A stretch of 35,129 nt of DNA, from contig CAZZNN010000003.1 of assembly GCA_964655605.1 (NCBI GenBank), positions 1 through 35,129 on the forward strand, in the 5' to 3' direction. Below, piece by piece: positions 7,238-17,401 of this stretch; the first letter of the stretch is position 1, and the number at the start of each line of letters is the position of its first letter. Origin of the DNA: an uncultured Oscillospiraceae bacterium. GTDB taxonomy: Bacteria; Bacillota; Clostridia; Christensenellales; CAG-138. Both the position numbers and the translations under genes were made by a program. The notes beneath the pieces were generated by a model that was given only the letters and a program-made list of their open reading frames with translations, did no database searches and was not told the origin of the DNA.

Positions 7238-9733
7238 TTATTCTATGCCTATTACCTTGTAATCCTGCGCCTCGACGGCGCTTTTTAGTATCTCGTCGGA
7301 TACGGGCGAGGAAAGCTTAACTATCGCGGTGCCGCTCTCATGGCTCACTATGGCCTCGCTTACGCCGTCAACGGCCTCAAGCGCCTTCTTGACTCGCGCT
7401 TGACAATGCGCGCACATCATGTCTGTTATTTTCAATGTTTTTTCCATTTTATACGTCTCCTTTTTATTATCTTTAGCGTCGTGCGGGCGGAACAGGTTCA
7501 GCCGCAGCGCGTTTGTGACCACGCAAAAGCTTGAAAGGCTCATTGCCGCCGCGCCGAACATCGGGCTTAGCTCCAAGCCCAAAAGCGGTATCCATACGCC
7601 TGCCGCAAGCGGTATGCCTATCACATTGTAAAAGAACGCCCAGAAAAGATTTTGGCGTATATTCCTAAGCGCGGCGCGGCTCAGGCGTATTGCGGCGGGT
7701 ACATCGCTCAAAGCGCTGTTCATAAGCACCACGTCGGCCGCGTCTATGGCAACGTCCGTTCCTGCGCCTATAGCAACGCCAATATCGGCTTTTGTGAGCG
7801 CGGGCGCGTCGTTTATGCCGTCGCCCACCATGCAGGTTTTGCCCTTTTGCTGCAAAGCGCTGACTACAGCCGCCTTTCCTTCAGGGAGCACGTCCGCCAC
7901 CACCTCGTCTACGCCCGCTTTTTCGCCTATCGCCCTTGCTGTGCGCTCATTATCGCCCGTTAGCATAACTACGCGGACGCCCATATTTTTAAGCTGGGCT
8001 ATGGCGGCCCCGCTATCGGGCTTTAGCTTGTCCGCCACGGCGATTATGCCCAGCGGCGCGGCGTTTTTTGCAAAGAGGAGCGGCGTTTTGCCTAGCCGGG
8101 CAAGCTCCTCGGCCTTCTTTTCAAGCGTCTCCGGCACGCTCGCGCGAGAGCTTATGAATTTTAAGCTGCCGCCCAAAAGCACATCGCCGTCGAGCCGCGC
8201 TGTGAGGCCATTGCCAGGCAGTGCCTTAAAATCGCTCACCTCGCCAAAGGTCAGCGAGGGCTTCTCCGCCTCGGCGCGCCGCACAACGGCCTTTGCGAGC
8301 GGGTGCTCGCTCCTTTTTTCGAGCGCGAGCGCGAGCGACAAAAGCTCCGTTTCGCTCACCGTATCAGCCGTCACAATATCCGTGACCTCCGGCTCGCCGC
8401 TTGTGATGGTGCCCGTTTTATCGAGCACGGCTATTTCAGTGCGGCCCAGCGCCTCAAGCGCGGCCGCCGTTTTAAAAAGTATACCGTGCTTTGCGCCCAC
8501 GCCGTTTCCAACCATTATTGCTACGGGGGTCGCAAGCCCCAATGCGCACGGGCAGCTTATCACAAGCACCGATATGCCGCGCGTGAGCGCCGTGCCAAAG
8601 GGCTGCCCCACTATGAGCCACACCGCCGTCGTTATCACGGCAACAATGATTACCACCGGCACGAACACACCCGACACCTTATCCGCTATCTTGGCTATGG
8701 GCGCTTTTGTGGCGGCGGCGTCGCTCACCATGGCGATTATCCGCGCAAGCGCGGTATCCGCGCCAACTCGCGAAGCTGCGCACTTTAAAAAGCCCTGCTG
8801 ATTTATCGTCGCGGCGGATACGTTATCGCCCTTCGCCTTATCAACGGGAAGGCTTTCGCCGGTGAGCGCCGCTTCATTAACGGCGCTTTCGCCTTCTATA
8901 ACAACGCCGTCCACCGGTATGCTCTCGCCTGGGCGCACAAGAAATATATCGTCCACTCGCACGCCGTCTATCGCCACTATCTGCTCAACGCCGTCCCTTA
9001 TCACCGTGGCGGTCTTTGGAGCGAGCTTCATAAGGCTTTTCAGCGCGTCGGTCGTCTTGCCCTTTGAGCGCGCCTCAAGCATTTTGCCCACGGTTATGAG
9101 GGTTAATATCATGGCTGCGGACTCGAAATAGAAGCCGTGCATATAGCCCATAACGGCTTTAGCGTCGCCCGCGGCCTGCGCGGCCGTCATCAAAAACAAG
9201 ACGTATACGCTATAGATAAATGCGGCCGCGGAGCCAAGCGCCACCAACGTGTCCATATTGGGCGCGCCGTGAACGAGTCCCTTAAAGCCTGAAACAAAGA
9301 ATTTTTGGTTTATCACCATAACCGCCGCCGATAAAATGAGCTGCAAAAGCCCCATGGCAACATGATTATCGCTCAAAAACGCGGGCAGCGGCCAAGACCA
9401 CATTGTATGCCCCATTGAGATATACATGAGCACGGCAAGAAAGCCTATAGAATAGATGAGCCTCCGCTTTAGCGCGGGAGTTTCCCTATCCTTGAGCTGA
9501 TCGTCCTCATCAGGCGCTTTGGCGGCCTTTGCGCCGTTTTTTGGCGCGGCCGCATAGCCCGCCAGTTCGACGGCCTTTAAAATATCCGTCTCCTTTGCCG
9601 TGCCTTCAACGCCCATTGAATTTGTGAGCAGGCTCACCGAGCAGCTTTCAACGCCCGGCACCTTGCCAACGGCCTTCTCTACGCGCGCGCTGCACGCGGC
9701 GCAGCTCATGCCGCTTACTGTAAACTGTTTCAT
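7238..9733 (-). CDS. copA: Copper-translocating P1B-type ATPase with an N-terminal HMA domain and an additional in-frame C-terminal HMA (CopZ-like) domain
   Basis: Motifs present: [12 protein letters not shown] (N-terminal HMA), TGES, CPC ([11 protein letters not shown]), [13 protein letters not shown], and a C-terminal [24 protein letters not shown]. The start is set at the ATG at 9733 (MKQFTVSG...) rather than the ORF-track 9808. Confidence 0.93.
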   Translation of the reverse strand: MKQFTVSGMSCAACSARVEKAVGKVPGVESCSVSLLTNSMGVEGTAKETDILKAVELAGYAAAPKNGAKAAKAPDEDDQLKDRETPALKRRLIYSIGFLAVLMYISMGHTMWSWPLPAFLSDNHVAMGLLQLILSAAVMVINQKFFVSGFKGLVHGAPNMDTLVALGSAAAFIYSVYVLFLMTAAQAAGDAKAVMGYMHGFYFESAAMILTLITVGKMLEARSKGKTTDALKSLMKLAPKTATVIRDGVEQIVAIDGVRVDDIFLVRPGESIPVDGVVIEGESAVNEAALTGESLPVDKAKGDNVSAATINQQGFLKCAASRVGADTALARIIAMVSDAAATKAPIAKIADKVSGVFVPVVIIVAVITTAVWLIVGQPFGTALTRGISVLVISCPCALGLATPVAIMVGNGVGAKHGILFKTAAALEALGRTEIAVLDKTGTITSGEPEVTDIVTADTVSETELLSLALALEKRSEHPLAKAVVRRAEAEKPSLTFGEVSDFKALPGNGLTARLDGDVLLGGSLKFISSRASVPETLEKKAEELARLGKTPLLFAKNAAPLGIIAVADKLKPDSGAAIAQLKNMGVRVVMLTGDNERTARAIGEKAGVDEVVADVLPEGKAAVVSALQQKGKTCMVGDGINDAPALTKADIGVAIGAGTDVAIDAADVVLMNSALSDVPAAIRLSRAALRNIRQNLFWAFFYNVIGIPLAAGVWIPLLGLELSPMFGAAAMSLSSFCVVTNALRLNLFRPHDAKDNKKETYKMEKTLKITDMMCAHCQARVKKALEAVDGVSEAIVSHESGTAIVKLSSPVSDEILKSAVEAQDYKVIGIE

Positions 9734-9743
9734 TATGCTTTCC

Positions 9744-11243
9744 TTATAACAATTCTTTGGCGGCGCTCGTGAGCGGGATAATATCGCGCCTGTCAAGGAG
9801 CGATACATCGAATTTGCGGTTCAGCGCGCAAAAATGCTTCAAGCCGAAGCCAATTTTATTCAGGTAGGAAAAAACGCCTATCGCGCCGGGCGAGAACGAG
9901 TCCGCGCACACGCCGTACAGCGCGCGCAGATCCGCGAGATCCGCAAATATTTCCGGCACTGTTGAACCGTATTTTTTTAAATGCTCAGGCACGCTGCCGC
10001 TCAATATCTGCCTTCCCACCTCGGCGGAATTCATCGCGGCGGCCATTGCCGCGCGGCACAGCCCCACCGCGCTTATGACCCCATCGCCCATCGCAAGCGC
10101 CTTAAAAACGCCGTCTTCGGAGGAAAATCCGCCCGTGAGCGTTATCGCGGGCAATTCCATGCCGGCGGCTTTAAGCTTTCGCGCAATTTTCACAAGCTCG
10201 CTCTCTAAGTTTACCGTGGGAAGGCACCATTCATTCATCATGTGGCACGGGCTATAGCCGCTGCCACCGCCAGCGCCGTCAAAGGTGACCATATCGACCT
10301 TGTTTTCGGCGGCAATTCTTAGCACGCGCTCAATATCCTCCGGATCATAGCCCGCCATTTTGAAATAAACATTTTTCATGCCGAGCGCGCGAAGCTCGCT
10401 TATGCGTTTAAAGAAGAATTTTTCCTCCCATTGGGGCAAGCGGCCATACGAATAGAAATTCGGGCATACCCGCTTGGAGTACGCCTCCTGCACGGCGGGA
10501 TCCGATGGGTCGGGGCGCACGAGCACACCCATCGCCTGCTTTTTAAGCGCGGCTTCAATATCCTTTAGCCTTATTGCGGGCTGGGTGCCCTTCGCGGCCT
10601 GACCAAACTTGAACTCAAGCGCGCTAAAGCCGGTTTTCAGCGCTATCTCCGGCACGCCGAGCATGTCGTCCTCGATATTGCACTGCAAAACTATCTGGCC
10701 GTAGCCGCGATAATACTTATTGAAGCTGTCATAAATCTCCTTTAAAAAGGGGAACGCGGTTATCTTGCCGTTTTTAAGCTCCAGCCTCTCGTCCTTGCCG
10801 CACGCGCCCGCGCCCACCATGCACGTGATGCCCGCCATCGCGGCGCCCGCGAAATAATCGCGCCAGTTAAGCTTTATAAGCGCGGGCAGCACAATGGGAA
10901 GCGCCAGCTTCACGGGATTGAGCGTGCCATATTCCCTTTCAAGGCGCACATTGAATATTTCCGCCTGCTCATAAGTGGGTTCAACGCCCTGTGCGCCAAA
11001 AACCCGGCCGTTTATATTGAAATGCGAATAGTCCAGCGGATAGTTTTTCTCGGAGGCTATCTGATTGGCGCCCGTCGTGGTGGGATACGCCGTCTGCGCG
11101 CCCAGCACGGCGGCGAGCCCTATCTCGCACGGCACGGAGCACCCCTCCTTGCAAAGCGAGCACATGCCGGAGGTTTTTGTTATATAGCCGCTCCTATTCC
11201 TTGTGTCGGCAAAGCCTGAATTCAGCGCCGGTGAATATGACAT
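9744..11243 (-). CDS. FMN-binding glutamate synthase family protein (GltB domain-2-like)
   Basis: The FMN/TIM-barrel region ([31 protein letters not shown]) is typical of Glu_synthase-domain proteins, and there is an N-terminal CX2CX3CX3C motif. I prefer the second ATG (11243) because the AAGGAG SD abuts the first one. The stop lies 10 nt before the copA start. Confidence 0.8.
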   Translation of the reverse strand: MSYSPALNSGFADTRNRSGYITKTSGMCSLCKEGCSVPCEIGLAAVLGAQTAYPTTTGANQIASEKNYPLDYSHFNINGRVFGAQGVEPTYEQAEIFNVRLEREYGTLNPVKLALPIVLPALIKLNWRDYFAGAAMAGITCMVGAGACGKDERLELKNGKITAFPFLKEIYDSFNKYYRGYGQIVLQCNIEDDMLGVPEIALKTGFSALEFKFGQAAKGTQPAIRLKDIEAALKKQAMGVLVRPDPSDPAVQEAYSKRVCPNFYSYGRLPQWEEKFFFKRISELRALGMKNVYFKMAGYDPEDIERVLRIAAENKVDMVTFDGAGGGSGYSPCHMMNEWCLPTVNLESELVKIARKLKAAGMELPAITLTGGFSSEDGVFKALAMGDGVISAVGLCRAAMAAAMNSAEVGRQILSGSVPEHLKKYGSTVPEIFADLADLRALYGVCADSFSPGAIGVFSYLNKIGFGLKHFCALNRKFDVSLLDRRDIIPLTSAAKELL

Positions 11244-11314
11244 TTTTCGCATCTCCTTAACAATAGTATGATGTAAACATTATATCAAATCTGGCCATTT
11301 ACTGCTATAGCCGA

Positions 11315-11343
11315 TTGAATTTTATAATTACAGATGTTATACT
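11315..11343 (+). promoter_or_regulatory. Sigma-70-type promoter for the lipoprotein gene (TTGAAT-17 nt-TATACT)
   Basis: Both hexamers and the spacing were read directly from the sequence. Confidence 0.4.
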
Positions 11344-11375
11344 TTGCCGGTAAAATACAGAAAAGGACGGAAACT

Positions 11376-12044
11376 ATGTTTAAGAAAATATCCGCAGCGG
11401 CATTGGCCGTTATTGTTGTTACCGCCGCGCTTTGCGGCTGCGCCGCACCCGCAGTTAAAAGCGGGGATATAGCAACGCTTGCCCAGAAAGGGCTTGATTT
11501 CACCGCGAAAATGACCGAGATGACGTCGAGCGAGGCGTATGTGAACGCGCTTTCATCGTCCAGCGAGATAAACGACGTTTTAGCCAAAGCAAAGCTCACC
11601 GCCGCGCCCAAGGCCATATACAGCATAACTATACCCGACGGCAAGGCGAAGGAGCTGCTTTTTGAGGGCGCTGACGCGGAGCTTTCCGCAGAGCTTGATT
11701 CCTTTATATGCGGCAAGCTATATGCCTATGTGCCAAGCAGCCTCGCTTCACAGCAGGGAGCGGCCTCGCTTGCGGCAATAAGCGTCGCAAGCTTCAGCGG
11801 CTGCTTCGTTTGCGAGGCGCTCACCGCGCCGGTGCTCTATTTTTATCAATACGATTCCGAATACTCCGTTATGGCGACATTTATTCCGGGAGATAACGGC
11901 GCTGTATACGGCTCGGCCATGTTTGTGCCATGCGATGAGGCTTTGCGCGCGGCGGACGGTCTTGACGCCGTTACCGCTTGGTTCGACGAGCACTTCGCCG
12001 GTTATGGGCTGAGTATAGCGGCTGTTGAAATGCCAAAAAGCTGA
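11376..12044 (+). CDS. Putative lipoprotein, function unknown
   Basis: MFKKISAAALAVIVVTAALCGCAAP is a signal peptide with a lipobox-like LCGC. The start was moved to the ATG at 11376, which has a purine-rich SD. I recognise no family. Confidence 0.65.
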   Translation: MFKKISAAALAVIVVTAALCGCAAPAVKSGDIATLAQKGLDFTAKMTEMTSSEAYVNALSSSSEINDVLAKAKLTAAPKAIYSITIPDGKAKELLFEGADAELSAELDSFICGKLYAYVPSSLASQQGAASLAAISVASFSGCFVCEALTAPVLYFYQYDSEYSVMATFIPGDNGAVYGSAMFVPCDEALRAADGLDAVTAWFDEHFAGYGLSIAAVEMPKS

Positions 12045-12126
12045 ATTTAATTCTGTCGGCGCGGCGTCTGAGCCGTTTTCAGCGATATACTGCGGCATGA
12101 TGCGGGAAATTCCGCAATAAAAAAAG

Positions 12127-12171
12127 TCCGCCTCCCCGCGATCGAGCTTTCGCGGAGAGGCGGATTTTTTT
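12127..12171. terminator. Bidirectional intrinsic terminator
   Basis: A 14-15 bp GC-rich stem (TCCGCCTCCCCGCGA...TCGCGGAGAGGCGGA, one mismatch) is flanked by an A-run on the 5' side and a T-run on the 3' side. It lies between convergent genes. Confidence 0.7.
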
Positions 12172-13282
12172 ATGCCATCAAAACGTGATAGCGCTTTCTT
12201 ATATTCATAAGGTTCGACTTATCCTTTTCGCTCACGAGCGTGCACGCGAGGCCATTCTTGCCCGCGCGGCCCGTGCGGCCGATGCGGTGAACGTAATACT
12301 CGGGCTTATCAGGCACGTCGTAATTGATAACGAGGTCTATATCGTCAACATCTATGCCGCGCGCGGCGACGTCTGTTGCAACGAGCACGCGGTCGTCGCC
12401 GTTTCTAAAGGCGCGCATAACGCTGTCCCTCTGATTTTGCGATAGATCGCCATGCAGGCACACGGTTCTTGTGCCGCCCTCGTTAAGCGCTCTGGTGACA
12501 TTTTTAACGCGGCGTCTCGTATTGCAAAAAATCAGCGTGAGCCGCGGCGCGGACTGCTTGAGGAGCATGCCAACTGCGGGCAGCTTGGATTTTTCCTCGG
12601 TGTTTATGCACATCTGACGCACAGTTTTGGTGGGTTCGTTGCGAACGCCCGCCTCGATGCGCTCCGGCTTTGATAAAAACTGCTTTGCCACCTTATCTAT
12701 GTCGCTGCTCATGGTAGCGGAGAAAAGCATGGTCTGATGCTCGGCGGTGACGTAAGAAAGGATATGCTTTATATCCGGCAAAAAACCGTAATCGAGCATT
12801 TCATCCGCCTCGTCGAGAACCAGCAGCCTTACGTGGCCGAGTTTTAGCACATTGCGCTCCATAAGATCCTTCACGCGGCCGGGCGTGCCCACCACTATCT
12901 GCGCTCCCGCGCGCAGAGCGCGTATCTGCACCGTGGGGGACTGCCCGCCATATATGCTTATAACGCGAAGCTTTTTATGCTTTGAAAGCTTGCGCATAAC
13001 GTCCGTTGTCTGCAAGGCAAGCTCGCGCGTGGGGCAGAGTATGAGCGCCTGCGTGCGCTTATTGTCGGCGCAGAGCTTTTCAATTATCGGCACGGAGAAC
13101 GCCGCGGTCTTGCCGGTGCCAGTCTGCGCTATGCCTATAACATCGCGCCCTGAAAGGATAATGGGCAGCGACATCGCCTGTATGGGCATGGGTTCTTTGT
13201 AGCCCGCGTCTAAAAGCGTGGCGCGCATTTGTGGTGAAAGTAATTCTTGATAGGTCATTTTCTTTTCTTTCTGTTGCGCCAT
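12170..13282 (-). CDS. DEAD-box ATP-dependent RNA helicase (core only, no C-terminal extension)
   Basis: Q-motif (PMPIQ), AQTGTGKT, PTRELA, DEAD, SAT and HRIGRTGRAG are all present. The start may instead be the internal Met9. Confidence 0.9.
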   Translation of the reverse strand: MAQQKEKKMTYQELLSPQMRATLLDAGYKEPMPIQAMSLPIILSGRDVIGIAQTGTGKTAAFSVPIIEKLCADNKRTQALILCPTRELALQTTDVMRKLSKHKKLRVISIYGGQSPTVQIRALRAGAQIVVGTPGRVKDLMERNVLKLGHVRLLVLDEADEMLDYGFLPDIKHILSYVTAEHQTMLFSATMSSDIDKVAKQFLSKPERIEAGVRNEPTKTVRQMCINTEEKSKLPAVGMLLKQSAPRLTLIFCNTRRRVKNVTRALNEGGTRTVCLHGDLSQNQRDSVMRAFRNGDDRVLVATDVAARGIDVDDIDLVINYDVPDKPEYYVHRIGRTGRAGKNGLACTLVSEKDKSNLMNIRKRYHVLMA

Positions 13283-13540
13283 TCCATAAAAATAGGCCGC
13301 GCAAACAAAAACTGCACGGTCTTTACCTGCACTCTTTACGCCTGCGCTATTTCCATGACGGGAGCGAAACTTCCCGTTTCATGAGGCAAATCTCAATTTT
13401 TGCCAATGAGTACCTTCTATGCAACAGACTAAAGAGTCAACAGATTCAATATAGCTAAACGAAATTCGTTTTTAATGCATGACAATACTGATATAATTTA
13501 GCACACATCAATGAGAAAGTAAAGCAAAACTTTTTTCTCG

Positions 13541-14410
13541 CTATTCCGCCAGCGATTGAAAGCCCATGCCATACGCCGTGTCATAAGGGCAGAGCAAAAC
13601 CAGCGCCTCATTATCCGCTATATACGCAAGCTTGCGTATTTTGCAGGCTTCCGCGCGGCTGCACGCGCACATCAACACATTTCTTTTTTCCTTTGAAAAC
13701 ATGCCTGTTCCCGACACGGCGGTAACGCCGCGCCCTATCGAGCGCATTATCCTATCGGACATTTCGTTGCCGCGCTCGGTTATAACGAACACCACCTGAC
13801 CCGCCGAAAAGCCGGACATAAGCTTATCTACAACCGTTGTATACACAGCGGTCATGAGTATGCCCTCGAGCACCGCGTCCACATTTTTAAACACCAGCCC
13901 GCCAAGCAGTATAACAGCGCCGTCGGTGATAATTGATATTGTGCCTATCGAAAGATGCGGATATTTCTTGCGCAGGCTCAATATCACAAAATCCATGCCG
14001 CCGGTGGACGAGCCGCGCCAATATATTAGCGCGAGTCCAAGCCCGCTAAGCGCGCCCGCAAACAGCGCCGCAACGAGCTTATCCCCGCCGTAGGCGGGCA
14101 GCAGCGGAAATACGACGTCCATCAGCACGGCGCCGATTAGCATAGTGCGAAGCGAACGCAAAAGAAAGCTTTTGCCGAGCGCTTTAAGGCAGATAAATAT
14201 TACGGGTATATTGAGCGCAAGCGTGCATACGCCTATGGGCAGGCCCGTGAAGTGATTTATTATCACGCCCAAGCCCGCTATGCCGCCCGGCGCGAACTGC
14301 GCGTTTGCCGCAAAGCTATATATGCCCGCCGCGTAAAGCGCGCCTCCGATAATATCAAACAGGGTATCTATTAAAGCCGTTTTGGCTCTTTGCAGTGAAA
14401 GCTTGCGCAT
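13541..14410 (-). CDS. YitT family membrane protein (DUF2179-containing)
   Basis: The N-terminal membrane repeats (FAPGGIAGLGVIINHFTGLPIG) and the C-terminal DUF2179-like soluble domain match the typical family pattern. A GGGAGGGAG SD is present. Confidence 0.85.
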   Translation of the reverse strand: MRKLSLQRAKTALIDTLFDIIGGALYAAGIYSFAANAQFAPGGIAGLGVIINHFTGLPIGVCTLALNIPVIFICLKALGKSFLLRSLRTMLIGAVLMDVVFPLLPAYGGDKLVAALFAGALSGLGLALIYWRGSSTGGMDFVILSLRKKYPHLSIGTISIITDGAVILLGGLVFKNVDAVLEGILMTAVYTTVVDKLMSGFSAGQVVFVITERGNEMSDRIMRSIGRGVTAVSGTGMFSKEKRNVLMCACSRAEACKIRKLAYIADNEALVLLCPYDTAYGMGFQSLAE

Positions 14411-14481
14411 GAAATACTCCCTCCCATCATTTATTCATAATCGACGCCGTTATTTGACGCGAATATTCAATCCATGAATAA

Positions 14482-14511
14482 ATTATACAGGGAGGGAGTG
14501 TCATTAGTCAA
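14482..14511 (-). promoter_or_regulatory. Promoter for yitT-family gene: TTGACT-18 nt-TGTATAAT (extended -10)
   Basis: Read on the minus strand: -35 at 14506-14511, -10 at 14482-14487, with TG immediately upstream. Confidence 0.45.
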
Positions 14512-14573
14512 ATGAATGTTATTTTGAGTTTGCATGAGTAACTGTAATGCAAATGTGGGTGCGCCGCTTGCCT

Positions 14574-15014
14574 TTACTCCAAAATGGACGTGCAGTGCGG
14601 GCAGCGGGTGGCTTTTTCGTCTATCGTCTGCATGCAATAGGGGCATTTGCGCGGCTCCTTGGCGGGAGCGGCGGGCTTTTCCTTTAGTGAGCGCAGCTTA
14701 TTTAGGGCTTTCACCACGAGAAAAACGCAGAACGCGATGAGGAAAAAGCTTATGAGCGCGGTGATAAAATTGCCGTAGGCGAAGCAGGCCGCGCCCGCTT
14801 CCTTGGCGGCGGCGAGCGTTGGATAGGCTTTGCCGTCGAGCGCGATAAACCAATCGGTAAAATTCACGCCGCCCGTTATAAGGCTTATTACGGGCATAAA
14901 AATATCGTTCACGAGCGAGGTTATCACGCTTCCAAACGCCGCGCCCACCATAACGCCAACGGCCATATCTACTACGTTTCCCTTGAAAGCAAATTCTTTA
15001 AATTCCTTCCACAT
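14574..15014 (-). CDS. mscL: Large-conductance mechanosensitive channel MscL with a C-terminal CxxC...CxxC zinc-ribbon tail
   Basis: MWKEFKEFAFKGNVVDMAVGVMVGAAFG is the canonical MscL N-terminus; the tail is CPYCMQTIDEKATRCPHC. The start is set at the second ATG (15014), 8 nt after a GGGGGA SD. Confidence 0.9.
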   Translation of the reverse strand: MWKEFKEFAFKGNVVDMAVGVMVGAAFGSVITSLVNDIFMPVISLITGGVNFTDWFIALDGKAYPTLAAAKEAGAACFAYGNFITALISFFLIAFCVFLVVKALNKLRSLKEKPAAPAKEPRKCPYCMQTIDEKATRCPHCTSILE

Positions 15015-15078
15015 GCCTTTATCCCCCATTTATTTTGTCAGCGTTAGTATATCATTTTGGGAAATTTCGGTAAAGGGG

Positions 15079-16080
15079 CTATATGAGAAGCTCCGCTATC
15101 TGCACGGCGTTGACTGCCGCGCCCTTTCTTAGCTGATCGCCGCAGCAAAAAAGAGTCAGCCCATTTTCATACACGAGATCCTCTCGTATGCGGCCAACAT
15201 ACACAAGATCCTGGTCGCTTGTGAAAAGCGGCGTCGGATACTGTTCATTATTCACATCATCGAGCAGTTTGCAGCCGACGGCGGAAGCTATGGCATCTCG
15301 CGCGGCTTCCACGCTCACCTTGCTCTTGGTTGTGAAGCTGACGCTCACCGAATGCGAGCGCGCAACCGGAACGCGCACGCAGGTGCAGCTAACGCGCATA
15401 TCTGGAAGGTGCATTATCTTCCTGCCCTCATTTTGCAGCTTCATCTCCTCGGAGGTATAGCCATTTTCCCCCGCGTCGCCTATTTTGGGAATAAGATTAT
15501 TGAGTATCTGTTTTTTGAAAATTTTCGGCTCTATCGGCGCGCCCGAGGCATAAGCGCCAATCTGCGCGTCAAGCTCGAAAAGCCCGTCTATCCCGGCGCC
15601 CGAAACCGCCTGATATGTGGAGGCCGCAAGCGTTTTTACAGGCGAGAGTTTGGCTATGGGATAGAGCGCCATAAGCGTTATAATAGTGGTGCAGTTGGGA
15701 TTGGCGATAATGCCGCTATGTGTTTTCGCGTCCGCGCCGTTTATTTCCGGAACTACGAGCGGCACGCCTTCATCGAGCCTAAACGTGCTCGAATTATCGA
15801 TAAGCACCGCGCCCGCTGCCTTTATCGAGGGCGCAAAGCGCCTTACAACGTCGCTCTCAACCGAGGCAAGCACGAAATCGACGCCCGAAAACGAATTTTC
15901 TTTTGCCTCAGCCACGGTGAGCGTTTCGCCGCGAAACTCCAATTCTTTTCCCGCGCTTCGCTTGCCGGATAAAAGGCGAAGCTCGTTTAACGGAAAATTT
16001 CTTTCATCAAGCGCCTTAAGCATCTGCTCGCCCACAGCGCCTGTTGCGCCGAGCACCGCCACGTTATATTTTTTCATCAT
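15079..16080 (-). CDS. asd: Aspartate-semialdehyde dehydrogenase
   Basis: VAVLGATGAVG NAD(P)-binding motif, active-site NPNCTT, and QAVSGAG. Confidence 0.93.
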   Translation of the reverse strand: MMKKYNVAVLGATGAVGEQMLKALDERNFPLNELRLLSGKRSAGKELEFRGETLTVAEAKENSFSGVDFVLASVESDVVRRFAPSIKAAGAVLIDNSSTFRLDEGVPLVVPEINGADAKTHSGIIANPNCTTIITLMALYPIAKLSPVKTLAASTYQAVSGAGIDGLFELDAQIGAYASGAPIEPKIFKKQILNNLIPKIGDAGENGYTSEEMKLQNEGRKIMHLPDMRVSCTCVRVPVARSHSVSVSFTTKSKVSVEAARDAIASAVGCKLLDDVNNEQYPTPLFTSDQDLVYVGRIREDLVYENGLTLFCCGDQLRKGAAVNAVQIAELLI

Positions 16081-17401
16081 TTTTCCCCCTCAATGCAAAG
16101 CTATCATATAAAACCCTTATGGTCCTTTCAAAATCCTTGTTGTCAACGCCGACTATTATACTTATCTCCTCCGCGTCCTGCGAGATGAGCCTTATATTTA
16201 TGCCGTTATCGCCAAGCGCGGCAAAGAGCCGGCCGGATATGCCCGGGCGAAACATCATGCGTCTGCCCACCGCCGCGATCAGCGAGATATTCTCGGTCAG
16301 CTTAACGCTTTCAACATTGCAGGTCTTTTCAATTTCGCCTATAAGCGCGTAAAGCTGCGTTTTGGGGGCGGATACCACCACAGAGAAGCTATCAACGCCC
16401 GTTGGAATGTGCTCAACGGATATTTTTTCACGCTCAAAAAGCTCCAAAACGCGCCTCACCGTGCCAAGCTCGCCCGTAATATGACGTTTATGGATTGTTA
16501 TTATGGAAAAATCCATGCGCCCGGCTATGCCGGTGATGAACTCATTTTCATTATCGCGCTTTTCCTCAAAGCTCTCCATTATAAGCGTGCCCTCCGCGTC
16601 CGGAGCGCCGGTATCCCTTATATTCAGCGGAATATTCTTCTCGCGCACCGGGAACACGGATTCCTCCGCAAGCACCTTTGCGCCCATGTATGAGAGCTCG
16701 CGAAGCTCCGCGTAGGTGACGAAGCGTATGGGCGTGGGGCTTTTGACTATGCGCGGATCGGCCATGAGTATGCCGGGCACGTCCGTCCAGTTTTCGTATA
16801 CGCCGGCATTCACGGCGGCCGCGGCGAGCGCGCCGGTAACATCGGAGCCGCCGCGAGCCATAACGCTTACGCTGCCGTTTGGCATGCTGCCATAAAAGCC
16901 GGGAATGACTATTTTGTCCGCATTTTTAAGCGCCACCTGTATCGCCGCGTCGGTTTTTTGCCTGTTTACGCTGCCGTCATACTCGAAGAAAACGCAGTCC
17001 TTCGCGTCCACAAACTTAAAGCCCAAATACGCCGCCATAAGGCGTGCGCACAGATATTCTCCGCGTGAGACGAGATAATTTTCGTCCGTTCTATTTGAAA
17101 GCGCTGAGTGCAGCGCGTCAAGCTCTGCGTCGAGCGCGCCGTCGAGCCCAAGCTCACGCGCTATTGCGCAAAACCGTTCTCTTATAATAGCGAACACATT
17201 TTCGCACGAAACGCCGTATTTTAGGTGCGCGTGGCAAAGATACAATAAATCCGTTATCTTATTGTCCCCCGCGTTCCTTTTGCCGGGCGCAGAAACCACC
17301 ACCACGCGGCGTGAGACGTCCTTTTCTACTATGCTCTTTACACGGCGGAACATATTCGCGTCCGCGAGCGACGAGCCGCCGAATTTTGCTGTTTTTATCA
17401 T
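16064..17401 (-). CDS. Aspartate kinase
   Basis: KFGGSSLA start, an amino-acid kinase fold, and C-terminal ACT-like repeats. It overlaps asd by 17 nt and hom by 4 nt (ATGA), so the three genes form an operon. Confidence 0.9.
   Translation of the reverse strand: MIKTAKFGGSSLADANMFRRVKSIVEKDVSRRVVVVSAPGKRNAGDNKITDLLYLCHAHLKYGVSCENVFAIIRERFCAIARELGLDGALDAELDALHSALSNRTDENYLVSRGEYLCARLMAAYLGFKFVDAKDCVFFEYDGSVNRQKTDAAIQVALKNADKIVIPGFYGSMPNGSVSVMARGGSDVTGALAAAAVNAGVYENWTDVPGILMADPRIVKSPTPIRFVTYAELRELSYMGAKVLAEESVFPVREKNIPLNIRDTGAPDAEGTLIMESFEEKRDNENEFITGIAGRMDFSIITIHKRHITGELGTVRRVLELFEREKISVEHIPTGVDSFSVVVSAPKTQLYALIGEIEKTCNVESVKLTENISLIAAVGRRMMFRPGISGRLFAALGDNGINIRLISQDAEEISIIVGVDNKDFERTIRVLYDSFALRGKNDEKI

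Noticed and set aside
7746-8801. A 351-aa ORF lies antisense to copA. Similar long antisense ORFs occur at 939-1475, 11285-11716, 15352-15972, 17762-18271 and 32050-32565.
   Set aside because: These are Ala/Ser/Pro/Arg-rich, low-complexity translations with no SD and no recognisable domains. They are typical shadow frames opposite GC-rich genes that have clear homology-like motifs on the other strand.
11244-11333. A CsoR or CopY operator upstream of the GltS-like/copA operon.
   Set aside because: There is no TACAnnTGTA cop box and no GC-rich CsoR pseudo-palindrome. The only symmetric sequence is the short ATGTTTACAT, which overlaps the transcription start region and is too weak to call.
14416-14499. 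A 10-nt anti-SD/SD inverted repeat (ACTCCCTCCC ... GGGAGGGAGT), plus a second arm pair (TTTATTCAT/ATGAATAAA), lies upstream of the yitT-family gene. It looked like an SD-sequestering riboswitch or RNA thermometer.
   Set aside because: The distal arm (14490-14499) falls between the -35 (TTGACT) and the extended -10 (TGTATAAT) of the best promoter candidate, so it would not be in the transcript. This would need to be revisited if 5'-end mapping shows an upstream start.
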